64,000 bases of DNA from Tubulanus polymorphus (taxonomy: Eukaryota > Animalia > Nemertea). How positions within the stretch are numbered: the stretch's first letter is position 1; every line of letters starts with the position of its first letter. A model generated the notes under the pieces. That model saw nothing but the letters and a program-made list of their open reading frames with translations. It was not told the DNA's origin and searched no databases. The stretch spans positions 4,216,001 through 4,280,000 of the forward strand of contig NC_134035.1 in the NCBI RefSeq assembly GCF_964204645.1, given 5' to 3'. The translations under genes were made by a program, and so were the position numbers. This document shows positions 1 to 12,950 of this stretch, one piece after another.

Positions 1-1247
1 ATGATTTGATGATGATAATCAAATGAAACGTTCACGAGAAAGGTATGCGCGATCGGAAATGTTCGGCCGATTCCGTATGTACTCGGGAATTCCTTGCGTC
101 AAATTTCTGGGTTGTCTGTTTTATAGGCTAAGTGTTACATCTAAGTATTCTGTCATATTTCACGAATATTGATTCGCGTTCAAAGAAGTAAAGAGCTCGA
201 AGCGTCGGTATAAATCTATAAACGATACTGTCCACACAAATACCTATTAGATTCGGCGTCTACTCAATCTATGCCACAACCGATCGACGCTTACTGTTTT
301 TATTGGTCGAAAGTTTCGAAAAGTGATTCGTAATTTCTTTCTTAGTTTTACGAAGTAAACGGGTACTTATAGACCGTCTAACTTCAACAACATAGAATTA
401 GAACATAGAATTTTAGCTTCCACGTAAACGACACGCGCTTCTGTATATTTTCCGTTTAAAAGTTTCCTATTGACCATAAATATTTTTGATGCTCAAATAG
501 AAAATCGTCCCTCTTTTCTATTTCATTGATTGATTTATATAGTTTATTGGCTTCGATCGGTTGATTTTGATATCGATTTGAGGTGAACTTTATGTCCCTC
601 ATAATATTATAAACCCACCACACCTGCCGGGAACGGAATTGAGGATTTTACAAACTAGCTATTTTTACCTTATTCGGATTCTGCTAGCAAGAGTTCCGCG
701 CAGGCGGAATGGCGCCATCAGCCGTTATTAATTGAATTAGGAGACCATAACCATATAGTGATCAAACAAGGCCATAAAATAAAAGATCATGACCCTAGCG
801 ATCAAACAAGGCCATGAAATTTCGATATTGTTCTCGGTGAAAACGGGCATAATTTCTGGCGCGCGCGAGTGTAATCCGATCGTGGAGTAATGTTCAATAA
901 TATTCAATAGAATACGAGCGCATTATCTATAGCGAGTTTTAAACGCGGGCAAACACCGTTAATCGACATCGAGTTGAAACCGAACGCCCTTTAATGCAAT
1001 CGTAAACAATCGGACCTGATTGGATACACTGCTCGAACGGATACACTTGCATCCCGGTCGGCACGTTTATCGTCGCGGTGAATCGAACACCGCGGCGGTG
1101 GCTGTCTATCGTTTTCGGTTGAAATTGTCGACGAATTCCGGATATAAAATGAAAAACAAAAGCAACAATACTAATCTAATCTACAAACTCGATCTCGATG
1201 ATGGCGAGTCCTTCATCGCGAACTCTGCGAACCCGTGGAGTAAAATT

Positions 1248-1456
1248 AATAATAATAATAATTATCATTATAATTACTATCATAGCAATGATAATTATAA
1301 TAATGATATTACAATGGTATTCTTCGATATTTCTATGGCGTCTGTTTCATTCAAAAAATGTTCGATTAGTGAAAGCAGCATCTGCAGTCCATACGCTTTA
1401 CAGAATAATGATAATAATAACAATAATAATGATAATAATGATAATAGTAATAATAA
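1248..1456. repeat. (AAT)n microsatellites flanking a retroposon tail
   Basis: AAT/GAT runs at 1248-1310 and 1404-1456. The middle reads on the minus strand gtaaagcg...gacgccatagaaat, like L2/SINE tails. Confidence 0.7.
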
Positions 1457-2606
1457 TTCATGATACACAGATCGAATTCTCCACAAACGCCCCTAATACG
1501 CTAATACACGAAGAACTTTATTATTGCAAATATTTTTCCTACTGGTCTTGTTTTCGAATAACATTCGCCTTTCTTCGAACGAAAGATTCTCGATCGATAT
1601 TAAAAATGTCTCTCGTCCCGTTTCTTGGCTATTTTTAGCCCTCGATTCGGAAGCCCGTTTGAACATTTTCTAGGAAACGATTTTCCGCTTTGGAGCTCGT
1701 CTTCTTTTCGATTCTCTTTTTTTGCAATCCAGTCCGATCGAAACTGATCTAATTCGTTCGACGAACGAAATTACTTCTGATTTAACCCGACGACGCGCGA
1801 TATATTGAACTAACCGCGTTTTAGACAGAGTGGGCGATCGCGGCGTTTAAGCCTAACGCGCACGACGCGCCAGGCAAACACGGAAACAAGACACGTGGAC
1901 ATGTTTCCGAGCGTTTCCGAGCGCCGCGTGTGTAGGGCTTTACGAAATCGGCAGTTATTTTGGAGGAAAAAAAAACATTCTTCGCGGTCTCGAACCCTAC
2001 TCAAACCGCCAGTGGAAATAGACGCATCGGAAATGCAAGTCCGCAGTTCGGCGTCTTACGTATCGACGTATAGAAAAAATCAATTGCGCTTTGATGCGAT
2101 CCGCTTAAACAAACGCGTCTTATAGCTGATGATAATTCACGACTGATTACCGTACGCTCGCACGTATGGAATTTTTTTCGACGACGACGAGGAATCCAAG
2201 GAATTGAGGAGGCGGCGGGCGATCTCGCGCCGCCGTCGTCGTTTAGGTCAAAGGAGATGCGCGAAATGCAGATGTGCGTTTCTGCGGGGCATTCGCCGAC
2301 GCCGATCAAAGCCGCGGCCCGTAATTCGACGCTATACACGACAACGCGGTTCTATCGTGGAAACAAACGCCTATTACTCGTGTATATGATAATCTAGACC
2401 GTCTTAATTTCGGCGCCGAGCGGTACGAATTAATTGCTGGCTCGGCTTCCGCGGAATATTGTGAAAGTAAACAATACCGCTGTTTTCCGGCCCCACGATG
2501 ACCGCAACCAGTATTACTTTTGTATGTATGAATGTTGAAATTGTACGGTTTACCCAAATTTCGGAAATTAAGGCAATTTTTACCGTTGATTTATGAGATA
2601 GTTGAG

Positions 2607-2863
2607 CAGGGGTGGCAACCTACCTGGAAATCAGGCACAAGTCGGGGGATGTTCTTTTCTTAGAATAAGTCCGGGAATAAAAAAAAGCCAAAAATCACGG
2701 AAAAGGCGGGGATATTTTTTGTTGAGATAGTTAGTAAAATCGCGCGTAAAATCAAACAGATTCCGTTTATATCTTACGTATTCAAATGTGTCAATTGATT
2801 GGATTCTTAGCAGGTAGACTTTGGAAAAACAGCTTAATGTCAGAGAAAAAAGTGGTCAACCCG
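2607..2863. mobile_element. Decayed hAT-like MITE
   Basis: CAGGGGTGGCAACC...GTGGTCAACCCG ends with internal aagtcggg/aaatcagg subterminal repeats. Confidence 0.4.
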
Positions 2864-4563
2864 TAAAAGAATGAACGTATTTGACCTTTTATGATATGAA
2901 TTTTTATGACCGTTTTTCAATTAGTGTTATGATTTGTAAACATCCATAAACAAACCCTGTCTGTAACTGAGCATAAAACGAGAAGCCATTCGCATACAAT
3001 TCGAGCACGATTAACAATTGCACGGCAACGACAACGCCCGAAAGGTTAAAAGTTTCCGATTGTTTGTTTCTCGAAACTTTCCTCACGATTGTCATTGATA
3101 ATCATCGATTGTAATCGATTCAGGCCGCGCGTTACTATAAAACTTTTTAACGATCGGCTCCGAGTTGAAAATAGACCCCACGGTTTACGCTTGTTTCGTT
3201 GACGAGATCTAAGCGTTAATAAGATTAAAGTTCTGCAGTTGCACGTATGGCGAGTTTGTCAAAAGGTTGAGTCGATGAAATGGTTTGTTTGATCTTTACG
3301 GGAAAACGTAGCCGTCGACGCTGTAGAGGGCCTGATATTTTCTAATAAGGAAGTTAGCACTGTGTAGAAATATAAAATGAATACACCTATATGATAAATA
3401 TGAATATTGTGAATTATAAAGTTATTAGGATATTGAGTCGTCAAAATCAATTACTATTCATTTGTATGTAAATCATCTCTCTGTATCATTATAATGACAT
3501 TTATTACATCATAATGGGATACCGACACTCACCAGATGGCGCAACTAAACACTGAGTCGTTCATATTTGTATAGCATTATTGTACCTAATACAAGGTCAG
3601 AATAAACTTTATTTTACTGAATTTCATGGTGAAAATCAGTAGATTTTCAATGGGAGAATTTCATTTCACAATAAATATAATATTAAGGTGTATAATTACA
3701 ATGTAGTACATTGACCAAATTCAATTTAGTGAGATCACACCCCCAAGTTTAAAGACTGTACCCCAAATGATTGCGGTGGGCGTCAATTGTCAACGTACAT
3801 GAATACTCAATAATAGTACTTCAATGAAATCTGAATTCAATCTTTTGCAAATTTGCAAACAAGTCACCGGATAGAAGATCCACTTTCTCATTCAGTGTAT
3901 GGTACAGATTTCACTGAAAATTGATTTCGCTAATGAGAAAAATCGATTCGAATTTAATTGAAATGTAGAGGGAAATTGAAACGCGATAACCCGGTGCCAC
4001 TAGCGATCCTGGCGGATAATCGCCGAAACCTCGCTTGCCACTGTAGCATTATTACACATTATTATATATGGATGCGGTTTTCGAAAATCGTTGGAAAGGT
4101 GCAACTTTTTCTTGGTTTAACTCGGTTTCAGTTTCGCCGCTTATTGAAATATTGACGTTTGTCCGGGTGAAGTGTGTAATTTGTGAACAATATCGACGTT
4201 AAAACCTTTAGCCGAGTCTGTGTTTTAAAAGCGAACGATCCGTTCTTTTAATATTCCGAACTATGTTATTCGTAATTATTCGGTGCAGTAACCGTGAGCT
4301 TTTTCCAATTTTTCGATTTCTATACCCGAAAACGCCCTGGCAAATCACGACCGATCTATAACGTTTACGATCTTTGTTTTCCCAGAAAGTGATGGCAAAT
4401 GGTCGAGATTTACTTTTATGCTTTAAGGTGCGAAAGATCTTGAAATTCTATAGGTTTTGTTGGTTTTGTTTTTTTTTTTTTTACAAAAAAAGTCGGCTGA
4501 TGAAATCCAAAAGAGATACGAAAACTACAGAATAGTTTTGCAGCCGTCTATCGTTTACCGTGA

Positions 4564-4580
4564 TTTATTTTATTTTATTT
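4564..4580 (-). terminator. Candidate polyadenylation signals (overlapping AATAAA) of the precursor gene
   Basis: Plus-strand tttattttattttattt gives repeated AATAAA on the minus strand, downstream of the 5152 stop. AT-rich background makes this weak. Confidence 0.3.
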
Positions 4581-5151
4581 CTCGAAAAAAAAATTCTGTT
4601 TTCCTGTTTCTACATTTCTCAACTTTCAGGAAAATAAAAGTGAAATAATTCTCAGTCAATTAATTATCAACTTTTCGAATTTGTAACCCAATTTTCAGTA
4701 AAATCTCAATCGTAAACCGATTCACCGGTTCATTGTCTGGTGTTCGGTGACTTGTTAGACAACAGTTTTGGAAGCTTAAGATCCGTGGTGCAGTGTTTAA
4801 TTCAGTGATGGACTTTGCTAGTACACCGCATCGCTGTGTTCCGATGTGTAATGAATAATTAGTTTTTATCTCTAACGAAAAAAAAACAGCACCTGTCAAA
4901 CGCAGTTAGATAGCAATAACTGACCGCAGTTAAGCGGTATAAAAATTACAGAATTTCGGTTTATACATCATAGCGGTATGGCCGTTATTCAACGCACTAG
5001 CCGGTGGAATCTTTAAAAAAATGTTCATATTATCTCCAGCACTTTTAGGGTATTAGTCAGCATTGGAAAGGTGAAGATTTCTAGCCGAAAAGCATACAAT
5101 GCGTCGACGACGCCGCGATACCGATCGATTTTACGCGAATAAGTCGATCTT

Positions 5152-5186
5152 TTACCGGCCATAATCCAGAAGAGGATTATTTACAC
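5152..5186 (-). CDS. Best candidate terminal coding exon of the precursor: (G)VNNPLLDY-GR-stop, an amidation signal
   Basis: Acceptor ctgttgtag|GT is phase-compatible with the 8130 donor. Joined product is 88 aa ending in Gly-Arg-TAA. An AATAAA cluster lies ~580 nt downstream. The polypyrimidine tract is weak and two alternative exons exist (see findings). Confidence 0.5.
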
Positions 5187-5492
5187 CTACAACAGCGCGC
5201 ATAATCCGGCCGCGGATGAACGGAAAATGATCCGGCAGCCTCTAATCATCCTCCCCGTGAACGACGTATCGAACTCGTCATTCGTCGCGATAATCAAACA
5301 TAACATTATAATTACTTCCTATATATAGAACTATCCGCAAAACGCGACACCAACGTCTCAGCGTTCGGGCTTCTTCGGAGAATCTGCTCGGGCTATGCGA
5401 GAGAGGCAATCAAACCCCGGCAAGCGAGGATGTCCTCATTAAAGCCGATCCCACGATGACCAGACCCCGTACATAGAGAAAATACAGTCATC

Positions 5493-5500
5493 TGACGTCA
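5493..5500. promoter_or_regulatory. Full CRE palindrome TGACGTCA within the precursor gene's downstream intron/3' region
   Basis: Exact consensus, with additional TGACG half-sites near 5559, 5591 and 6026-6042. Function is inferred only. Confidence 0.3.
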
Positions 5501-6749
5501 CAGCGCGTCATAATGACAGTCAAGCGGAAGCGGTCGACTTAAGTAAAAAGTCACAATATGACGGCAATTCGACGGCCAATATTACGCGCGTGACGTCCGC
5601 GCATCAGCTAGCAACCTTCCTAACTCTGGTTCAACCGATAAACTCCAATTCGAAATATTCTAAATTCTGTGACTTCGGATAACGTTTCGCCCCCCTCCTC
5701 CCCCGATGGACTATTAACGCCGTCCTATTCGCTGTCCTCTATTACAAACTAAAATGGCTAAAGGTGGGTTAGTTAGGAGTTTTGCAGGATGATGATACAG
5801 ATTATGATACGATCCGGGAATCGATCGCGCGCTAGAAACCTCGTTAATTATTGACGCGAAATCCGCGTTACTTTTTCAATTCGTTTCCCGACCGAACATT
5901 ATTACAACACGACAGAGAGAGAAAGAGATACTAGAGCGAGTAAACAAGCGTCTCGTTTAGCGAGTCACGTTTCCGAAACGCGTACGTGATTCGCCCGATT
6001 TGAAACTTCGACCGTTTATTAAACTACGTCATCAATGACGTATTCGCTCGCAGCGTTCACACTACCGTTATATAGTTAGACCGTTCCGAAATCGGCCCGT
6101 ACCCGGTTCGGACGAATTTACGGAACGGACCGAACCACCAGGCGCTGTTTACAATCGCGTCGTTGAATTCGCGACGGATATAGTTATCGCCGGTACCTCG
6201 AGATATCGCCACACGAGTATTTCATTTGGAAATCTATATCTTCTAATAGAATATTTAAGAGACCATCGCAGTTTCGCATTAATTTGAAATATGATTTGAG
6301 CTGATTTGAACGAAGGCGTTTCGTTGTAGAAGTCTACATCATTCCTTGATTCAATAATTGCTAAAGGTCACAAGTTATTCAATTTCATACATTGAAACTT
6401 TAATCAGAAAATACTATTATGATTATCCCTGGACCAGCATCAATCACCAGGCGCAATTTTCCTGCCTGATTTTCACTAAAATGTCGACTAATCTATCGTC
6501 ATGAGTTGATAGACTCAATTTGCCTAATCGATTTTTTCTAGAATTCCGTTGTAAACTAATATGAAAAGCGCATTAGGTCTAATCGAAAGAGCACAGAGAA
6601 ATGATTAAAAAGGCAACGTCGATGAAATTCGTTTTTAAATTGAAGTTTAATCCATTGAATAAAAAGATGTTATGTATACGGTGTGACTTGCGCGCATCAA
6701 TGAGACCAAATTTCATTCTCAATGGAAAACGTTTATATTCTTACAGTAC

Positions 6750-7015
6750 AACTACAAAAAAACCTTTATATTTCTACAGAGAAAAACATTAATATTTTCA
6801 TAGGAAAAAAACATTAATGTTTTATAGGAGAAAAATAGTTAATACTCTATAGGAAAAAACATCTCTATGTTTTATAGGAAAAACTTCATATTTCATAGGA
6901 AAAAATGTTTACATTTTTGTTGGAAAAAAACGTTAATGTTTAATAGGAAAAAACTTTTATATTCTATAGGAAAAAAATGTGTATGTTTACATGAAAAACG
7001 TTTACATTTTTAAAG
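6750..7015. repeat. Degenerate ~22-30 bp AT-rich tandem repeat
   Basis: Recurrent ataggaaaaaa(a)cattaatgtttt. Confidence 0.75.
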
Positions 7016-8129
7016 TAAAACTTATTCAGTGTTTAGTCATTTGCCCATGATTAACAACCAGAGCTGGGCTTCTGCAACGTTTGCGCGCAAATTCCTATCG
7101 TTTCAAAAGCTTTGAGAATATCAACGTATTTTCAACGAAAAATGCTAGCGAAATGATGAACAATATTTTCTACAATACCCGATTAAATAGATTGAATAAA
7201 TCTATGTGTCTCGATGTCTTACACGAGCCTACTTTAAAATGCCTTACACCTGAACGTGATTCGGTTTATTTCGGATGGATCACATTTTTATCAAACCGAT
7301 TCGAGTCGAAACTACAATCGAATATGATAATATGATATCGGTTATTTTTTCTATATCCATATTCAACCGATCGACCCCCGGTTCATCTTGTATTGAACCG
7401 GATACGTTGAAATCCTATCCGTGTTTACCGACGCCAGTTCGAGTAATAACCAGTTTTGAGTTGAGTGCCGCGATTTCCCTCTTCTTAAAACGTATACCTA
7501 AACGTTTTGCCCCGGGCTGAAGCGCAGATTACTCGGCGGTTATCGGGTTACAATGTGTATGTACATTGCGGCTACGTATAAACGATCTGAATTCCAAAAC
7601 GATCTGGATCTAAAATTGTCCAGTATTCATTCTGATAGCTATGATCTCATTTCAAACCCCGAAGGCAGAATTTATAAGGTGTTTGCAGTGACCAGGCAAA
7701 TAAATCAAACGTATTATTACTATGTACTGTACAGTTTAGAAACCAGTCGTTCGATAGTTTGTTTGATCCAACTCAATTCTATTTATTTGTCTTCTGACCA
7801 GGAAAATCCCTACGTAGATTTCACATGTCACTCGCGAGTTGGAAATTCTCTAAGAGTTGTTAATATGAAAAATAAACGCTCCTGTATCCCGCATATATGA
7901 TTTCAAACTTAAGGTCGAATAACTTAAATTCATTAAGTGTTTTCGATAGGTTCATCAAAACGTATCCAAAGTTCATCGATTTCGCAGAAAAAACAATTTT
8001 GTAGTTATATATTCTAGATAATAATATGAAATAAACTTCGTTGTCGATGAAAAAAGACTTTAACGACCAGTAGAAGAATTACATAAACACATAATTTCAA
8101 GTTCGCGAAAGCATAAGTTCGAAACTCAC

Positions 8130-8361
8130 CTGACAGTAATCTGTAAGCGGCCTCCAGTTGTTGCCTTCGCATTAATCGATTTCGAACGATTTCCAATAGA
8201 TTTTTCAGCGTCGAGCCCGAGATCTGGCCTTCGTCGTTGTTGATATCGTCGGACTCGGTGTCGGCCAGCGAGCGCACCGGCAGAACCAGCCCGCACAGCA
8301 CGACCACCACCGCCACCGGCAGCAAAACCATCGAAACTTTACCAGTCCGCGTGGCCATCAT
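8130..8361 (-). CDS. Coding exon 1 of a secreted neuropeptide/peptide-hormone precursor (signal peptide, acidic spacer, RR site, start of mature peptide)
   Basis: Translation MMATRTGKVSMVLLPVAVVVVLCGLVLPVRSLA (basic n-region, hydrophobic core, SLA cleavage site), then acidic DTESDDINNDEG, then LKNLLEIVRNRLMRR-QQLEAAYRLLS. Ends at strong donor TCAG|GTGAGT (phase 1). TATA box ~200 bp upstream of the ATG. Confidence 0.85.
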
Positions 8362-8524
8362 GACGCTTTCTTTTTCGCTAGTATATTTCAGGAACGTGTT
8401 AACGGTTGTGATGTGTTTGCGCGTGTGGTGCTATTTCGCGAAAGCCTGATAGTTTCTCCGTTCGTTGCTGCTGGTCTATCGAGAACGAGAGAGAAAAGAG
8501 TTTTGTTCGGTGCCGTTTGATGAC

Positions 8525-8592
8525 GAATGTTTCGATGCCAGGCGCGTTGCGAACCTATATAAATACAGACCGTGTACTTTTAAATGACGTTG
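8525..8592 (-). promoter_or_regulatory. Core promoter of the precursor gene: TATA box, Inr-like CATT, CRE half-site
   Basis: Minus strand reads TATTTATATAGG (8565-8554), ACATTC ~33 nt downstream (~8528). TGACG half-site at 8585. No upstream ATG between the Inr and the start codon at 8361. Confidence 0.65.
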
Positions 8593-9324
8593 ATATCCAT
8601 TTATTATTTCCGCGGCTCGCACCCAATAAACTACCAGGCGCCCACTGTATATTTATTAACGTCGGTTTTCGGGCAATATCGCTATGTAATAATGAGCGCG
8701 CGCGCGTGGTCGTCGTCGAACTTCGGTACAACAATATCGTCGATTCGCGTTCGCACCGTTTTAACTTTATGCGATCGAACCTTGTTTCCGTCATTCGGCG
8801 CGCCGCGCGCTGTGCGCCGTCCAATCAACATTCAGCAGACGCCGCCGCGCATTAGGCGTAATGCGAACAGCCCGAATCAAACGCGTAATAACTCTATGGA
8901 CGGTTGTTGATTGTTTTATTGCCGGGGCCCCGAGCGCGCTCGCGCTAAACAATACTTCGAAACTGATTATATATTCTATTCGATTACGTCGATCTGGACG
9001 TTTGGTCCGCGGTCGTAAACGTTAGAAAAGCGTCGATCTAATGATTACGAAGTATTCGTGCGCGTCCATAAATCGAGCACGTACAACCAGCCGACCGCTT
9101 CATCCTTTTATTACTGAGATTATTATTAATATTGTTCATCATTTCGGTAGATTAATCTTTTATCTGACGAAGCTACGGTTTGTACATTAGTGAAACGAAA
9201 GCTCGTATCTTAAAAATAAAACCAGTTAACCTATAAAGTTATGTCTATCTTCGCGTGTTTTACTGGTTCGACACCGGGTTAACGGAACCGAATTTCCCAA
9301 TTTTGTACTTCGATTAAAACATAC

Positions 9325-9445
9325 ATTCTGCCGCCGATCACAATAGCTATATCTGTACTTCGAGATTTCCGATTTCAAAATTAAACCCCCTGTTTCGCTT
9401 CCGGCAGATGGTGGTGGGTTCGTAAGGGACGCCAAATAAAAAGAA
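9325..9445 (-). repeat. Interspersed repeat family (4 copies)
   Basis: Reverse complement of 33385-33490. Fragments at 612-640 and 46820-46870. Confidence 0.7.
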
Positions 9446-12400
9446 GCAAACGAAATCTACAAATTGAATAAATAACAGGGTCAATCACTATTTCAAGGTT
9501 TAAGAAAAACACAACTCCTCCACAACCCTTTTCAAGATTTGGTAAAGCACGATAAAGTGTCGCCGTTATTTAGTCGCCGAATAAAAATGATCTATACGTG
9601 TATACGTGTAGTGACAGTTCGTATTAGGTTCGGGCGTTTTTTCCTCTTATTCGTGACATGCGGTTTGCGGCGGTGCTAATTACTCGTTCGTGGTAACGAG
9701 CTTAATTGTCGGTGTTTTCGGCTTACCGCCCGATTAGCATGCGTTCCGCACGGCACCTTCAGATGTTCGACACCCACGACAGCGCGAAAATCCCCATCCG
9801 CCACTCGACGAACGGCATTTTTCTCCGGCACAAAGCGCGCCGTTCTAGTCCTTTGTGCCTGGAATCCCTATGATTCGCGATCCGCGTTACGATTTGTATT
9901 TGCAATTCGATTCGCGCTAATTCGTTATAGGGGACTAAATTCAAACTTTGAGCGCGCGTCTCCGAATAATTCGATTCGGTAAACTTCAAATGAGAAACGC
10001 AAACGAATAATGAACATCGGCGCGAAACGATGTTTTTTCCTACTTTCCCAACAGAAAAAAAAAAACAAGAAGAATTGCAAGCATCAAAAATCCACCAGAG
10101 GAATGCCCGCATTTTCTCTGAAATACCATTTCAATTAAGTCGACTCCTTATTTGAAAATTTAATCAGTTTTAGAGGCGAATGTTTCAGATCGATCCATCT
10201 CTATCACCCACGGTCTCTCAAAAGTAGCGTCTTCAATTGATGAAATATGGCATTGACGACGATGACGGCTGTCAGTTGTCGTAACTATGTTCGGTAACAC
10301 TTATTAGATAATCTTTAACCACGAGATTAAATTTCTATTCTTAATTTTGAATAACATCGATATCAAGGCTAATGATGAATTAGAAAATTGGATTTCACCG
10401 CCGCGCGAACACACCTATCTATTATAATCCGCGAATTGATTTATCAGTTGACCTCGCGTTTGATAACCCCGGCTCCGAAAAATCTGTTTCTATAAGGTCG
10501 GGTTCGTGCTCCGAAACAAGAAACACTTTATCGAAACTATAGAAACAAGAAAAGTTGTTTCGATTGCTGTGCGCGATGTCTTAGTATAGGAACAACGACC
10601 GACCACTATTCCAATATCTTCTATATCCTTATATAGTAAAAAAAAAAGAAATTCGAGAGTTAGGTTCATATATAAGTGCGTAAATTCAGGGGAAATCCTG
10701 CTTATGGCTCATGGGCCAGCATCTTAGCTACGCATTGAAGTGGTTTTCTCCAAACACAACTTTTGAAATAATCAAACCTTTTAGAAAGGAGGGTTATCCC
10801 AGTACAGGTATACCCGAGCACATCCGAGCCGAAAAATTGAAGGGAATTACCCGAAGTTTTGGAGCCTTACTCCAGACGAAACAATGCAGGGTATCCCTAA
10901 AGAATGCCCTCCAGGGATCCGCTATAATGCGGTTGTTTCTGCTGGTGGCAGTCAGTAGTTTGACGAAGTTCCTGGCTTAAAAGGTGGCACCTACTTCGTC
11001 ACCTTTAAATTTCACTTATCCGACTTGTCCGACTTAACTTATCTATATCACATGTTCTGTTTAGTGAAGATAGTGTTCGTTTGAATTCTCGTTTGAATTC
11101 GGAATTCTATAGTTTGACTTTCACCACGAGTTGGGAATCCTTTTTTCGAAAAAAAACGTCGGCGTAAGTCGAGAGTTTAAAAACTGGGCTGCAAACCCAG
11201 ATCGAGGGTGTCCATCGGCATAGTCACGAGGCGGTCTAATCCACGATGCATCATCGGCTCATTTTAATAATATGATTGGCTTCGGTATTGTTTTTTTTTT
11301 TTCATCATGTAACAACATAAAGATTAAAACACTCTCCGATTCAATCTGTAAAATCGTTCGTTATGACTCGATTATATACTTTAAAACGAAAATTAAATTA
11401 AACCTACATCGTGTTTAAACCCGAACAGCGCATTAGCTTCTGAAACTTCACGTGTACTGCAATGTGCGGCAATAGCAGAAAGAAATTAATTATCTCTTTC
11501 GTATTTTTTTTTTGAACGTGCTGAATAATAATTGAGTGCATAAAAGCAATAAATTTGCGTCGATGCGATGAATTTCCATATTGGAAAAATAAGATATATG
11601 TAAAATTCAGGCATTTTCATTTTAGACATTAACGTTTTAGATACAAACTTATAGCACATCCGTCAGTTGTTCTAGTCAGATATTCGACCTACGATTTCAG
11701 ACATATTTGGCCCTCATAATGTGTAACCAGTACCATCTATTTATGAAATAACTTTATTTACTGCAATTGTTTTTACGTTATGTTATATTCATACAATAGG
11801 ATATAATTCGTACATGTAAATTTGTGTCGTTAAGATAATCTAAATAAGAACATGCCAGCTAGGACGGTACAATGAAAGCTTGGCGCTTTATGTATCACCC
11901 TCGCCATCCATTGCGCTTCATAAAAAGATGTCAATTTGAACCCTTTTTATTTTGGATATCTTCACATTCTTATTTCTTATTGATAAAGGGATGACGATGA
12001 AATTTAAAAAAAGAACGTAATAAAATACACAATGATAATGATGGTAATAATTCATTTCTTTAATCTAGCGTTTATCATTAAAACATGTTTCAGTAATAAT
12101 CAGAATGATAGTAAATGGTAGTTGAAATGCCATTGGAATACAAACCATTGAATCAACTAAACTTAAGAGTATAACCAGTTGATTCGTAACGATGGTGCAT
12201 CACCACAATAAAGACAACATGTATTTGTGTCGGTAATCAGAGTGTTGTTCTATAAGTATGACGACGCGAATAGTTCAGCTGTTAAGATACTGTCGAGTGG
12301 TTTCATACTCGACGCGTCTCGTATATCAGGAATTTTCTCGAATAATACCGATCATCCTCCTCAGTTTCTTTTCGGTCTTGTCGTTTACAAATTAATCCTC

Positions 12401-12480
12401 GACAGGTGAATGGAAAATTTGCTCTGCATTTTTTTTTCCTATTTAAAAACACGAACTTTCTTTGATTCAATTTGCGCCAA

Positions 12481-12950
12481 CAGAGCCAGAGAGACAGGGA
12501 GAGGGAGTCAGGGAGAAGGAGAGCGAGAGGGAGTCAGGGAGAGGGAGACATGGGAGAGCGACAGAGAGGAACCTGGACAGGGATAGTGAGACAGAGATAG
12601 CGATAGGGAGACAGGGGAGTAGGAGACGGGGAGGGGGAGAGGGAGGTGGAGAGAGAAACAAGGGGATAGGGAGACAGAGGGAGAGAGGCAGGGAGAGGGA
12701 GGTGAAGGAGAGGGTTAGGAGAGGGAGAGAGGGGGAAAGGGAGTCAGGTAGTGGGAGACATGGGGGAGGGAGACGGGAGGGGAGGGAGGCAGGGAGAGAC
12801 AGGGAGAGGGAGGTGAAGGGCAGGGTCAAGGAGAGGGTCAGGGACTGGGGCCCAACAAGGGGACAGAGACAGGGAGACAGACACGGGGACACAAGGAAAG
12901 GAAGAGGGAGAGGAGCAGGAGGACCGATACGGGCACAGGGAGAGAAAGAG
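12481..12950. repeat. Polypurine (G/A) low-complexity tract
   Basis: agggagagacag-type degenerate units. Explains the four overlapping ORFs. Confidence 0.9.

Noticed and set aside
1311-1396. Phase-1-compatible minus-strand exon AYGLQMLLSLIEHFLNETDAIEISKNTI
   Set aside because: Lies between AAT microsatellites and carries gtaaagcg...gccatagaaat, i.e. a retroposon tail; weak donor.
1020-1638. Poly-N and poly-I ORFs
   Set aside because: Translations of (AAT)n microsatellites.
4548-4580. GKR-stop on the minus strand as the precursor's end (also GKR at 5148-5156)
   Set aside because: An in-frame stop lies upstream and there is no phase-1 acceptor.
8014-8129. C-terminal part of the 115-aa ORF (EFRTYAFANLKLCV...)
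   Set aside because: Follows a consensus CAG|GTGAGT donor and becomes AT-rich; it is intron read-through.
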